A stretch of 64,000 bases of DNA from a virus. Every line of letters begins with the position of its first letter. Position 1 is the stretch's first letter. The stretch lies in IMG/VR virus record IMGVR_UViG_3300026189_001009, positions 1 to 64,000 of that record. One strand, 5' to 3'. Below are positions 28,496-38,964 of the stretch, one piece after another. A model generated the notes under the pieces. That model saw only the letters and a list, made by a program, of their open reading frames with translations. It searched no databases and was not told where the DNA came from. The translations under genes and the position numbers were made by a program.

Positions 28496-29962
28496 ATGTC
28501 TAATAAATTACCATCAAAAACTTTTTGTGCTCTACCTTGGATGCACTTATCAACAAGACCAGACGGCAATATGCGAGTATGCTGTACAGCTAATGCAAGT
28601 AGTGTCGGAGCAACCAATGATAAAAAACATGGTGGACAAGTAGGTGTATTAAAGAAAGATGATGGTGTACCTGCAAACTTAAACAATTCAGATTTAATGT
28701 CATCGTGGAATAATGACTACATGAAGAATGTACGTTTACAAATGTTAAATGGTGAAAAGCCACCAGCTTGTTTAAAATGCTTTAAAGAAGAGGACGCAGG
28801 CCATAACTCAAAACGTATGTGGGAAACTGACTATTGGTTACATAGATACAGTATAGATGAAATTATAGGCGAAACAAAAGAAGATGGATCTATTCCACCT
28901 AAGATTAGATATATTGATTTACGTATGGGATCCAAATGTAATTTAAAATGTATCATGTGTTCGCCACACGATAGTTCACTTTGGGTAAAAGATTGGTTAG
29001 ATGTATATCCTACAATTGAAAATAAAAATTTAAAACAAACTATGGGGTGGGATAACAAAGGTAAAGTACATGGCGCCGCTTATAACTGGCACAAAGACAA
29101 TAAAGTATTTTGGGATCAGTTATATGATCAGATACCTCATATGTATCAACTATATTTCGCAGGTGGTGAGTCAACTATTATTGAAGAACACTACACACTA
29201 TTGGAAGAAGTTATCAAACGTGGTTATGCACACAAGATAGAATTACGTTATAACTCAAATGGTGTTGAGATGCCAGATAGATTATTTGAACTATGGAGTC
29301 ATTTTAAAAGAGTAAGGTTTCATTATAGTGTAGACTCAATTGAAGATATGAATCGTTATATTCGTTTCCCAGCAGATTGGGATAACACAGTTAAGCAGTT
29401 TCATTTATTAGATAATACAGATGATAAAGTAGAAGTAACAATAGCCTGTGCAGTACAGGCCTTGAATATACACTACATACCTGATTTTATCAAATGGAAG
29501 TGGAAACAAAATTTTAAGAAGATAAACATATGGCCATTTGGTGCCGGTATGTTAAACTATCACTTTGTTTATTGGCCAGGACAATTAAATGTTAAAGCAA
29601 TGCCACAATGGATGAAAAACAAAACAAAAGAAAAATATGAAGCATTTTATCCGTGGTTAGAAGAAAACTGGCACTTGTCGGGTGCACCGAGCAAAGAAGA
29701 ATTCATGAATGCCAGTTATGGTATAAAAAGATTAAAAGGCATGATTCAGTTTATGATGAGTGAAGATTGGTCTAGACGTATGCCTGAGTTTAGAGAATAT
29801 ATTACAAAGTTTGATAAACAACGTGGAACAGATTTTGCTAAAACTTTTCCAGATATGGCTGGAATGTTAGATGAATCATTAGACTATAGTGTTAAGCCAA
29901 TCACTGGTGAAAGTGTTGATCAAAAAACTGAGAAAGAATTGGAAGATGGCGACACTATATAG
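28496..29962 (+). CDS. radical SAM protein, N-terminal Twitch domain
   Basis: FCALPW...VCC...CLKC; CNLKCIMC; FAGGE. Confidence 0.9.
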   Translation: MSNKLPSKTFCALPWMHLSTRPDGNMRVCCTANASSVGATNDKKHGGQVGVLKKDDGVPANLNNSDLMSSWNNDYMKNVRLQMLNGEKPPACLKCFKEEDAGHNSKRMWETDYWLHRYSIDEIIGETKEDGSIPPKIRYIDLRMGSKCNLKCIMCSPHDSSLWVKDWLDVYPTIENKNLKQTMGWDNKGKVHGAAYNWHKDNKVFWDQLYDQIPHMYQLYFAGGESTIIEEHYTLLEEVIKRGYAHKIELRYNSNGVEMPDRLFELWSHFKRVRFHYSVDSIEDMNRYIRFPADWDNTVKQFHLLDNTDDKVEVTIACAVQALNIHYIPDFIKWKWKQNFKKINIWPFGAGMLNYHFVYWPGQLNVKAMPQWMKNKTKEKYEAFYPWLEENWHLSGAPSKEEFMNASYGIKRLKGMIQFMMSEDWSRRMPEFREYITKFDKQRGTDFAKTFPDMAGMLDESLDYSVKPITGESVDQKTEKELEDGDTI

Positions 29963-31238
29963 TAAAACATTTTGTCCTTTACCTTTTATGCACAGTCATC
30001 ATTCTGTGGCAGGAAAGTTCAAACCTTGCTGTAATGCCGAGTCACCTCCGCACAAAGGTAATCCTTATACCACCAAAGATCATTCATTGTTTTCTTGGTT
30101 TGACAGTGAACCAATGCAACAGCTACGAAAAGATTTATTAAACGGTGTACAAAATCCTATGTGTAGTGTCTGTTGGAAACAAGAAGCAACTGGAGGAAAA
30201 AGCTATAGGCATAGTTCTTTAATCAAAGTAAGTCAAGATAATGGTGCATTCAAACAATCACATTTAAAAGAACCAAAGATTACTTTTTTAGATTTAAAAT
30301 TTAGCAATGAATGTAACTTTGCTTGTAGAATGTGTGACTATACTAATTCTCATCAGATATTGAAAGACATGGTTGCCTTAGAAGATAGCAATGTAGAATT
30401 ACCAAATCACTGGAGAAGAAGTCCTACGCAAGAAAAATATGCTGATCCTAAAACAGGTATATTCAGCTCATTAACTATAGAAGATGTTTTACGAGCATTG
30501 CCAACAGTAAGAATATTAAAAGTGACTGGCGGCGAACCTATGATTAGCAAACCATTTTTAACACTACTTGACCATGCAATTGAAAAAGGTTACACAGATC
30601 AGATTAACTTATATATTACTACTAATGCAAGTAAGTTCAATGATAGAATCATGAAAAAGATTTTGAAGTTTCGTAAGGTATACTTTACTGTAAGTTGCGA
30701 TGGATATGGCACTACATATGACTATATCAGATATCCTTACACATGGAAGATGTTCAGCAAAAGAATAGTTGACTTTCTTGAAGCACATCAAAATAAGCAT
30801 GATACGATACGATTGGGATTTTCGACAGTACCACAAATTTACAATATAGAAAACATACACAAACTCACTCAATGGATAGCTGATTTAGATAAAAAGTATG
30901 GAGCCATGGACGGTGACGGGCAAAGCAAATGTTTTATATCACATCATATACAAACACATTTATGGCCTACAACTTCAGAGCTACAATATTATAATGCACC
31001 ATTAAGCATATTAAAAAATACACATGATGCCTTACAAAAACTTTTAGAGCAAGATACTAGCAGAGACTTTGAAAGTTTCTTGAATTCTTTAAAACACTCC
31101 ATTGACAATTACAGTGATGTATCATCTGAAACAAACAAAGATATTATAAAAACAACAGTTGACATCGATAAAGTTAGAAATCAAGATTACAGTAATCTAT
31201 TAGAAAAGGAAACAGTAAAATGGCTGAACACTCTTTAG
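29946..31238 (+). CDS. radical SAM protein, N-terminal Twitch domain
   Basis: FCPLPF...PCC...CSVC; CNFACRMC; TGGEP; ATG start at 29946. Confidence 0.9.
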   Translation: MATLYSKTFCPLPFMHSHHSVAGKFKPCCNAESPPHKGNPYTTKDHSLFSWFDSEPMQQLRKDLLNGVQNPMCSVCWKQEATGGKSYRHSSLIKVSQDNGAFKQSHLKEPKITFLDLKFSNECNFACRMCDYTNSHQILKDMVALEDSNVELPNHWRRSPTQEKYADPKTGIFSSLTIEDVLRALPTVRILKVTGGEPMISKPFLTLLDHAIEKGYTDQINLYITTNASKFNDRIMKKILKFRKVYFTVSCDGYGTTYDYIRYPYTWKMFSKRIVDFLEAHQNKHDTIRLGFSTVPQIYNIENIHKLTQWIADLDKKYGAMDGDGQSKCFISHHIQTHLWPTTSELQYYNAPLSILKNTHDALQKLLEQDTSRDFESFLNSLKHSIDNYSDVSSETNKDIIKTTVDIDKVRNQDYSNLLEKETVKWLNTL

Positions 31239-33367
31239 ATAAAACACTGTATCAAAACAAACATAGTTCTTTGTATGACTATGAGTTTCAAAAGCATTTA
31301 GCAAAAGCACCATGGAAAGAATGGTTAAGTGAGTCAGGATACTTTGAAGTCAAGACAGAATATCTTGAAGCTATACACAAATGGATTCATAGTACTGAAT
31401 TAAATGAAATAAAAGGTCTTGATCGCTTTAAACATAGAGATATGATTAGCGGAACAACTCAAGCATTTGATGAAGCATACTATAGATATTCAAGAAAACG
31501 ATTGAGAATTTTAAGAGGTGAATATGCTTATCATAAACGAGTTAACAAAGACTCTGTGAAAAATTTAAATATTGTTAATGACTTTGAGTTTCTTGATGAT
31601 GAACAAGGCAATTACATACCTGTAGAAGAAAACGATTGGGTCATTACAAGTTACCCTTTTTGTGGTAACGGTGGTATACCTCCTCATTGGGATACGTTGC
31701 AAGATGATTGTTTGCAAAAACAAGTACCTATTTTATTAGACTGTGCATGGTTTGGAACTTGTAGAGATATTAATCTTGATGTGAACCATTCGGCTATCAC
31801 GGAAGTATGTTTTAGTTTAACTAAAGGAATAGGATTAGGAAATATCAGATCTGGTATAAGATACTCAAATTATGATGACAAGCTACCAATTAGACAGCAG
31901 AATGAATACAATCATTTGCCACTTGGTGCGGCACAGATTGGTCTATGGCAAATGCAAAAGTTTAGCCCTGACTATGTTCAAAACAAATATCATAAAGTGT
32001 ATGAACACGTCTGTCAAATAAAAAGCATAAAGCCAACGAACTGTATTCATATCGGAGTGTTAGACAAATCACATCCTGAATATGAATATTATCTAACCGA
32101 CAGAGTTCATAGCAAAGTTGGTATGCGTAATGCAGTTAAAGATTTTTACAAAAGAAATCCAGATCCTGTTTTTTGTAAAGCACCATTTACTAGCATATAT
32201 TATAAAGGTGGACAAAATTCAGTAGGATTTTGTTGTGCTCAAGAAGAGACAGTTGAACTAAACAAAGAAAAGTCAGATAATTTGCGTGAATGGTGGAACA
32301 GTGATTACTCAAAAAACTTTAGACAACAGTTTATAGATGGCAAGTGGCCATATGAATGTAGAATATGTGAGTGGCAAGAAAATAATGATATAGATAGTGA
32401 TAGGTCTGGTTTCGATCATATAGATATTGAATATATAGACAACGTAACTGGCAACGATCTAAACAAACCTATATACATAGATTACAGACCAGATAACTTA
32501 TGTAATCTAATGTGTACTATGTGTTCGCCTAGTAACAGTAATCTTATTGAAAAAATTTACAAAGCCAACCCTGAAGTATTTGGAGAACAACAAGACTACA
32601 GCTTTCAACAAGAAACACAAGACAAGATTCTTAAAGACAACATGATTGATAGCGATACAGCATTATTAAAAGTGCTAGGTGGGGAACCAACTATCAATAA
32701 AAAAGTTCATCAAGTATTTGACTACTGTATACAAAATGATTATGCAAAAAACATAGATTTAAAAATGACAACCAATTTTACTAACTTGAACAATACATAT
32801 CAAGCAATAGAAAATTTTAAATCTATAAAAATTCAAGCCAGTTGCGATGGTACTGGTCCTACATATGAGTACATTAGAAAACCAGCTCGTTGGAAAAAAA
32901 TTAAAGAGAATATATTAGAATTTTCTGAAAGATATAAAGATGACAAGAGATTTAGATTTGGAATGAACTGTGTGTTCCAGCCAGTTAATGCATTTACAGT
33001 CAAAGACTGGTTACCGGAACTGTTGACTTTGTATTATGATCAAATGAAAGTGCCAATGGGTAATATGAGCATATTAGCAATTACAGGTCCGGATGGAATG
33101 ACATTTGAATCAATACCACCAAAGTTTAGAGAAATAATTATTGCTGACTTACAAGATGTGCAACAACAATTTAAAAATCATTCGAATGAACTTTTAAAAA
33201 AGAATATCACAAGCATGATTTCGTATGTCAATGATTTTCATAGCTACAAGCCTAGAAAGTTAGAAAGATTTAAAATAAAAACCAAAACATTTGATATTGC
33301 AAAGAAAACGGACATCACAACTTTGCATCCATTGTTTACCGAACTACTTAATTACAATGAAAAATAA
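31220..33367 (+). CDS. fusion: PLP fold-type I domain + Twitch + radical SAM
   Basis: LLDCAW, FSLTKGIG...RSGIR; FCKAPF...FCC...CRIC; CNLMCTMC; LGGEP. Confidence 0.85.
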   Translation: MAEHSLDKTLYQNKHSSLYDYEFQKHLAKAPWKEWLSESGYFEVKTEYLEAIHKWIHSTELNEIKGLDRFKHRDMISGTTQAFDEAYYRYSRKRLRILRGEYAYHKRVNKDSVKNLNIVNDFEFLDDEQGNYIPVEENDWVITSYPFCGNGGIPPHWDTLQDDCLQKQVPILLDCAWFGTCRDINLDVNHSAITEVCFSLTKGIGLGNIRSGIRYSNYDDKLPIRQQNEYNHLPLGAAQIGLWQMQKFSPDYVQNKYHKVYEHVCQIKSIKPTNCIHIGVLDKSHPEYEYYLTDRVHSKVGMRNAVKDFYKRNPDPVFCKAPFTSIYYKGGQNSVGFCCAQEETVELNKEKSDNLREWWNSDYSKNFRQQFIDGKWPYECRICEWQENNDIDSDRSGFDHIDIEYIDNVTGNDLNKPIYIDYRPDNLCNLMCTMCSPSNSNLIEKIYKANPEVFGEQQDYSFQQETQDKILKDNMIDSDTALLKVLGGEPTINKKVHQVFDYCIQNDYAKNIDLKMTTNFTNLNNTYQAIENFKSIKIQASCDGTGPTYEYIRKPARWKKIKENILEFSERYKDDKRFRFGMNCVFQPVNAFTVKDWLPELLTLYYDQMKVPMGNMSILAITGPDGMTFESIPPKFREIIIADLQDVQQQFKNHSNELLKKNITSMISYVNDFHSYKPRKLERFKIKTKTFDIAKKTDITTLHPLFTELLNYNEK

Positions 33368-34643
33368 TTTTTGCATATTACCGTTTATTCATTTAAGCAC
33401 TAGAACAAATGGTGCAATGCAATTGTGCTGTCATGCAAATAGTGGCAGTGGACCTGACTACAGAAAGATTGGATGTAATAGAAAAGACACAGGAGAATTA
33501 GTTTATGTTGATCAAGACAAACCATCAGAATACTGGAATACTGAATACTATAAAAATATTCGTAAAAAGTTTTTGGAAGGCAAAGCCCCTAAAGAGTGTA
33601 GGGCTTGTTATAAAGAAGAAGCGTCAGGCTACAGATCAAAAAGACAATGGGAAAATGAAGAGTGGGCAGAAAAGCTATCATTCGATGAAGTACTTGCAGG
33701 AGTAGAATCAGATGGCACGGCACCTTTTGATATCAAGTATGTAGATATGAAACTTGGTAACAAATGTGATCTAGCCTGTTTGATGTGCAATCCAGGTGAC
33801 AGCAGTTTATGGATACCAGATTACAAAAAGCTAATGGAGTCTGATATTAGCGATGAAAGTAAGAAAGTACTAGAATGGAACAAAACAGATGGAAAACTTA
33901 ATTGGTATAAATCAGATAGTGTATTTTGGGAAGATATTAAAAGTAGATTGGATACTATAAAGAACTTTTATATAATAGGAGGAGAACCAACTATCAATAA
34001 AGAGTTCAAATCATTCTTGGAAATGTGCGTCAAATCCGGCTATAGCGACCATATAAACCTCCGTTTTAATACGAACGGGCTAACGGTGTCAGATGAACTT
34101 GCAGGGCTATACAGCCGCTTTAAAACGTGTTTAATCCACCTTTCTTTAGACGGGATAGCAGAGCATTATAACTTGATTCGTTATCCAAGTAATTGGGAAG
34201 ATATGAAAGAGAAATTAAATCATTGGGATAAAGTTTCAGCTAATATTAAAGTTACAATTGATGCAACTGTAAGTGTGCTAAATGTCATGCACATTGACGA
34301 ATTGATAAGATGGAAAGTAATGCAACGATATGACAAAATCAACTGCTATCCAACTAACAATGGATTAATTGGTATGCACTTTTTACATAGCCCTAATTTT
34401 TTAAATATAACAGTATTACCTAAAGAACTTAAAAAAGAAGTTGAACAAAAAATAAGACATTTAAAAAATTGGATTGATGTAATTGGCGGCGAAGGTTATG
34501 CTAAACTTGATGCCTTGGTTAATTTTATGAACAGTAAAGACAACAGTGATCTTTGGCCACAAACTGTAAAGTATTTAGACAACATGGACAAGATAAGAAA
34601 TACTAATTGGAGATCGGTATTAACAGAATATGAAAACTATTAA
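33357..34643 (+). CDS. radical SAM protein, N-terminal Twitch domain
   Basis: FCILPF...LCC...CRAC; CDLACLMC; IGGEP; ATG start at 33357. Confidence 0.9.
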   Translation: MKNNFCILPFIHLSTRTNGAMQLCCHANSGSGPDYRKIGCNRKDTGELVYVDQDKPSEYWNTEYYKNIRKKFLEGKAPKECRACYKEEASGYRSKRQWENEEWAEKLSFDEVLAGVESDGTAPFDIKYVDMKLGNKCDLACLMCNPGDSSLWIPDYKKLMESDISDESKKVLEWNKTDGKLNWYKSDSVFWEDIKSRLDTIKNFYIIGGEPTINKEFKSFLEMCVKSGYSDHINLRFNTNGLTVSDELAGLYSRFKTCLIHLSLDGIAEHYNLIRYPSNWEDMKEKLNHWDKVSANIKVTIDATVSVLNVMHIDELIRWKVMQRYDKINCYPTNNGLIGMHFLHSPNFLNITVLPKELKKEVEQKIRHLKNWIDVIGGEGYAKLDALVNFMNSKDNSDLWPQTVKYLDNMDKIRNTNWRSVLTEYENY

Positions 34644-36129
34644 GGAAAGACACAAATACAAACCAGAAGATTTATACTATCAAAATCTTTCTGAAAAGAA
34701 TGATTCATGGTGTCCACTACCTTGGGCTCAAGTGGCTGTTCATAATTCAGGAGAATACAGAAGTTGTATACAAGCAAGAACTTGTAAAAAAACAAAAGGT
34801 ATTTTGAAAGATGATAATGACAATGTTATGAGAGCAGATACGCATTCAATTGATGATGTAAGAAATGCTCCTTTACTAAAAGATGTTAGGAAGTCTATGC
34901 TTGACGGTGAACGTCATAGTATGTGTGTTCGTTGTAACGATGAAGATGATGCTAAGATGGCCTCGAGAAGAAGAAATGCTATTAGAGAATACTATAACAA
35001 ATATAACTATGATTATTGGAAAGCTGAATCAAGCACAATGCCTGATGGTACTTTAGTTATAGATAAAGCACCTGTCTTAGAATGGGATATTAGATTAGGA
35101 AACCTTTGCAATATAAAATGTAGAATGTGCCATCCTAGTGAAAGTACACAGTGGTACAATGAATGGTTTGACACAATGTTTCAAGGATTTAAAACTGATT
35201 TTACAAGAGTAGAACTGTTCAAAGACAAAAACAAAGTTAAACTAAAAAATGACATATACCAATGGAATGACATACCTTATTTCTTTGATCAATTTGACGG
35301 TTCAGCTTCGGGTACAAAAAAAATATACTTTTCCGGAGGAGAGCCAACACTAGTAGAAAATATGTATACTATGTTACAAAAATTAATTGATGCCGGCATA
35401 TCAAAAGATATGGAACTAGAGTATAACATCAATCTAACCAACATACCCAGAAAAGCAATTGAGCTATGGCACGAATTCAAAAGTGTACAAATTGGTGGAA
35501 GTATTGATGGCATTGGTGAAACTAACGATTTTATTAGATATCCTGCAAAATGGAAAAAGATTCAAGAGAATATAGAATGGCTTGATGTTAATACCAAACC
35601 GAATATTAATATGTTTAATACATTTACATGGCAAATATTAAATGCAACTCAAGTATTTGATCTAGTTAAGTGGCAAATAGAAAACAATTTTGTTAAGTTT
35701 AATAGAACTGTTAACAGTGTTTTCTTTAGTATGCATTTTTTACACTCTCCATCATACTTAAATGTTAAAGCATTACCAAAAGAATTAAAAGAACACGTAC
35801 AACAAGAGTTTGAAAAGTTTGATAACGAATGGTTTAAACCTTGGATAGCAAAAGCTGGCAAGAATTATAGGTTGAAAAATCAATCATATCAGTTTAGTAT
35901 TGATGAATGGAACAAAGGACAGTTATGGGATGATGATCCACATGAATACTATTTAAAATTTAAAGACAAAATGGAATCTATGTTAAAGTTTATGTGGAGT
36001 GAAGATTTATCACATGATTTTAACACATTTATTGAGATAACAACTAAACAAAACGAGTATAGAAAACAAACAGCAATGTTTGAACGATTATATCCGGAAA
36101 TAAGTACATATATAAGAAGGAACAAATAA
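34630..36129 (+). CDS. radical SAM protein, N-terminal Twitch domain
   Basis: WCPLPW...SCI...CVRC; CNIKCRMC; SGGEP. Confidence 0.9.
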   Translation: MKTIKERHKYKPEDLYYQNLSEKNDSWCPLPWAQVAVHNSGEYRSCIQARTCKKTKGILKDDNDNVMRADTHSIDDVRNAPLLKDVRKSMLDGERHSMCVRCNDEDDAKMASRRRNAIREYYNKYNYDYWKAESSTMPDGTLVIDKAPVLEWDIRLGNLCNIKCRMCHPSESTQWYNEWFDTMFQGFKTDFTRVELFKDKNKVKLKNDIYQWNDIPYFFDQFDGSASGTKKIYFSGGEPTLVENMYTMLQKLIDAGISKDMELEYNINLTNIPRKAIELWHEFKSVQIGGSIDGIGETNDFIRYPAKWKKIQENIEWLDVNTKPNINMFNTFTWQILNATQVFDLVKWQIENNFVKFNRTVNSVFFSMHFLHSPSYLNVKALPKELKEHVQQEFEKFDNEWFKPWIAKAGKNYRLKNQSYQFSIDEWNKGQLWDDDPHEYYLKFKDKMESMLKFMWSEDLSHDFNTFIEITTKQNEYRKQTAMFERLYPEISTYIRRNK

Positions 36130-36130
36130 T

Positions 36131-37876
36131 ATGCAACCAAATGATTTATACGATTGGGTACCAGATAAAGGCGATAGAGCACCAAATCATAAAGATATAC
36201 AGCTTTGGAGAGACGAAAAAGGTCGCACTATGTTTGAGTATGGCAGAGTTGATAGACTAGAACTAGAATTTAACAACACTTGCTTTTTATATTGTGGAGG
36301 ATGTGGTAGAACATTCAATCCAAAGATTGAAGCGGCAGGAAAACGAATTATTTCGTTAGAAGATATTAAAAGATTCTTTCCACCGGAGTTTTGTAAACAG
36401 CTAAGATGGTTTTTAAGTTGTGGTAACTACGGAGAACCAGCCGCACACCCAGAAGCATTAGAAATTCTTAGATGGTTTAGAGACAACGGAACTAAAAATG
36501 TTTCATTTAGTTCAAATGGTAGTTCTAGAGATCCTGCATTTTGGAAAGAAGCCGCTGAAATTATTAATGGACCGGGCGGATCTAGAGATAATATTCAAAA
36601 CTACTATGGCGGTAGAGTTACTTTTAGTATTGATGGCTTAGAAGACACTAATCATTTATATCGTATTGGTGCAAAATGGGATAAGTTAATGGCAAATACA
36701 GAAGCATTTATCAATGCTGGCGGTAGAGCAAGATGGCAGTTTATTACATTCAATCATAACTCACATCAATTGCAAAAAGCTAAAGACATGGCTAAAGAAC
36801 TTGGGTTCAGTGAGTTTATTGAGAAGATGAGTTTTAGATTTATACCAGTACGTTTAGGTAAACGTCATGCAGAGCAATTGGCCGACGAGGCGGAAATGGC
36901 AATGATCAAAGAAAAAGAAGCCAGAGTAAGAGCTGAAAAAAATGATCTGCTTGATCCTAGTTCTGGTAGAGTTAAACACAAACAAGAAGAATTAGAAACT
37001 GAACACAAAATGGTTAAAAAAATGGGTGGCGTAACTGAACACGTAATCAACATTGATGAAGAAAGAAAGAACAGACATCCTGACAGAGAAATGTTAGCGG
37101 CACAAAGAGCTAAAGGTACCAAAGGTGTAAAAGGTGTTGACCATTTTTCACAAAAGCATAAAATTGTTTGTCAAAATAGAACAGAACCAAGAATTTATGT
37201 TAGCTTTGATGGTAAGGTTTGGCCTTGCAACTGGTTAGGTGGTATAGAATACTATGAAAGAGATAAAAATCCTTACAAGCAACACTGGCCAATACCTAGT
37301 ATGGTACACCATGGTCCTGAAAACGGTGTGCCTATGGACTTCAATAGTTTGTATGCACAAGATCCAAATGATCCAAGTCCAGTTAAAACAATATTAGAAA
37401 GTCCATGGTACAGTCATTTACTTGAAGAAGACTGGCAAAGATCAGATGATCCTAACGGATCTTTACAACCAGCCAAGTGCAAACAGATGTGTCATACAGA
37501 ATTAGGTACAGGTATATTTGAAAAGATGCGTAGAAACGAACAAAATTTAAAGACTGGCGAGTATAGTGATGTAGCTAAAACACATGGACTGACACCACCA
37601 CAAGGTGGATCAGGATTTGGTCCAGGCTCAGCTATGGAAGTTGATGAAAGCAAAATGTTTAAAGTTGAGGACATTGTTGCAAATGAAAATTATGATACAA
37701 ACGAAGAAGGTAAAATTATTGATGAAGATGATGTTAGATTTTACAAATATTATAAAGAAGTAGCGCCTGGAAAGTTTGTTACAACTAGGGTTGATGATGA
37801 AAGAGGCTATAAAAATTTTGAGAAACATACTCTAGAGAATCACGAGCACAGGCATGATCACGACAAAGATGACTAA
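36131..37876 (+). CDS. radical SAM protein, C-terminal Twitch-like, with insertions and His-rich tail
   Basis: CFLYCGGC; CGNYGEP; VC...WPC...CKQMC; HEHRHDHD tail. Confidence 0.88.
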   Translation: MQPNDLYDWVPDKGDRAPNHKDIQLWRDEKGRTMFEYGRVDRLELEFNNTCFLYCGGCGRTFNPKIEAAGKRIISLEDIKRFFPPEFCKQLRWFLSCGNYGEPAAHPEALEILRWFRDNGTKNVSFSSNGSSRDPAFWKEAAEIINGPGGSRDNIQNYYGGRVTFSIDGLEDTNHLYRIGAKWDKLMANTEAFINAGGRARWQFITFNHNSHQLQKAKDMAKELGFSEFIEKMSFRFIPVRLGKRHAEQLADEAEMAMIKEKEARVRAEKNDLLDPSSGRVKHKQEELETEHKMVKKMGGVTEHVINIDEERKNRHPDREMLAAQRAKGTKGVKGVDHFSQKHKIVCQNRTEPRIYVSFDGKVWPCNWLGGIEYYERDKNPYKQHWPIPSMVHHGPENGVPMDFNSLYAQDPNDPSPVKTILESPWYSHLLEEDWQRSDDPNGSLQPAKCKQMCHTELGTGIFEKMRRNEQNLKTGEYSDVAKTHGLTPPQGGSGFGPGSAMEVDESKMFKVEDIVANENYDTNEEGKIIDEDDVRFYKYYKEVAPGKFVTTRVDDERGYKNFEKHTLENHEHRHDHDKDD

Positions 37877-38964
37877 TGAAGAAAGACAGAATCATATATC
37901 CAAAGTGCATGGACAAGACAAAACCCAAGGCAACGTATATTACACATGATGGTTATGTAAGGCCTTGTTGTTTTTTACATAGGCACAATGCCGTTGAAGG
38001 CGATGAAAGATGGCTTAATGATGATAAGCACAACTTACATTCCGGAAAGTCTATGAAAGAAATATTTGAAACAGAAGAATATATAGATTTTTTTGAAAGA
38101 TTGCGAACTGGTAAAAATATTCCAGAAAGATGTATTGATGTATGTAAGAATTCTAAAAGAAGCTTTAATGTTGTAGGTGGTTCAAACGATACACGTAAAG
38201 AAAGAAAAATTGAAGGACTAGAACAGTATCAAGCATTTCATGATACAAGTGACCACTATGAAGATGAATATAGTGTAAAACATAAAATACAAATCGATGC
38301 TACTCATAGGTGTAGTTTATCGTGTTCAAAATGCAACAGATTTATTAAAGACTTTAAAGATCACTATACTGGTAAGAAACATAAATTGGGTCATCATGTT
38401 CTTTTAAAAGATGAAGTTTCAGTTGAACACTTTACAATGATTATAAAAGAAGTAAGAGCAGTTGCTGACCGTATAGGAAAGCATATACCTGATGTAGATT
38501 TTTGTGGTACTTGGAGTGACGCCATTTATCACCCAGACTTTATTGAGCTTGTCGAGGTAGCAAAGAAACATGACTTCGCAGTTTCGATTGCAACGAACGG
38601 TTCTCGGAAAAAAGACAGTTGGTGGGACAAACTATATTCATTGCTTGATCCTAAGTATGACAGTGTTGTATTTGGAATGGATGGCCTTAAAGACACAGCA
38701 CACATATATCGTAAAAATATTAAATTCGATGATGTTGTATATGCAATGGGCAAAGGTGGCGAACTTGGATTTAGTAAAAACAAATGGCAGTTTATAGTTT
38801 TTAACTTCAATGAGCATCAAGTCAATGAAGCGATACAATTATCAAAACAGCTTGGAATAAAATTTGAAACAATTAAGTCAGCGAGATGGTCAGGACCTGA
38901 CGATCCTTTAATGCCGTCGAAAGCATGGTTACCACAAAGTGTAATAGAGGAATATAATTTGTAA
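37876..38964 (+). CDS. radical SAM protein with permuted (N-terminal) Twitch-like domain
   Basis: PKC...RPCC...CIDVC precede CSLSCSKC; CGTWSD, FGMDG, WQFIVFNFNEHQV. Confidence 0.88.
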   Translation: MKKDRIIYPKCMDKTKPKATYITHDGYVRPCCFLHRHNAVEGDERWLNDDKHNLHSGKSMKEIFETEEYIDFFERLRTGKNIPERCIDVCKNSKRSFNVVGGSNDTRKERKIEGLEQYQAFHDTSDHYEDEYSVKHKIQIDATHRCSLSCSKCNRFIKDFKDHYTGKKHKLGHHVLLKDEVSVEHFTMIIKEVRAVADRIGKHIPDVDFCGTWSDAIYHPDFIELVEVAKKHDFAVSIATNGSRKKDSWWDKLYSLLDPKYDSVVFGMDGLKDTAHIYRKNIKFDDVVYAMGKGGELGFSKNKWQFIVFNFNEHQVNEAIQLSKQLGIKFETIKSARWSGPDDPLMPSKAWLPQSVIEEYNL

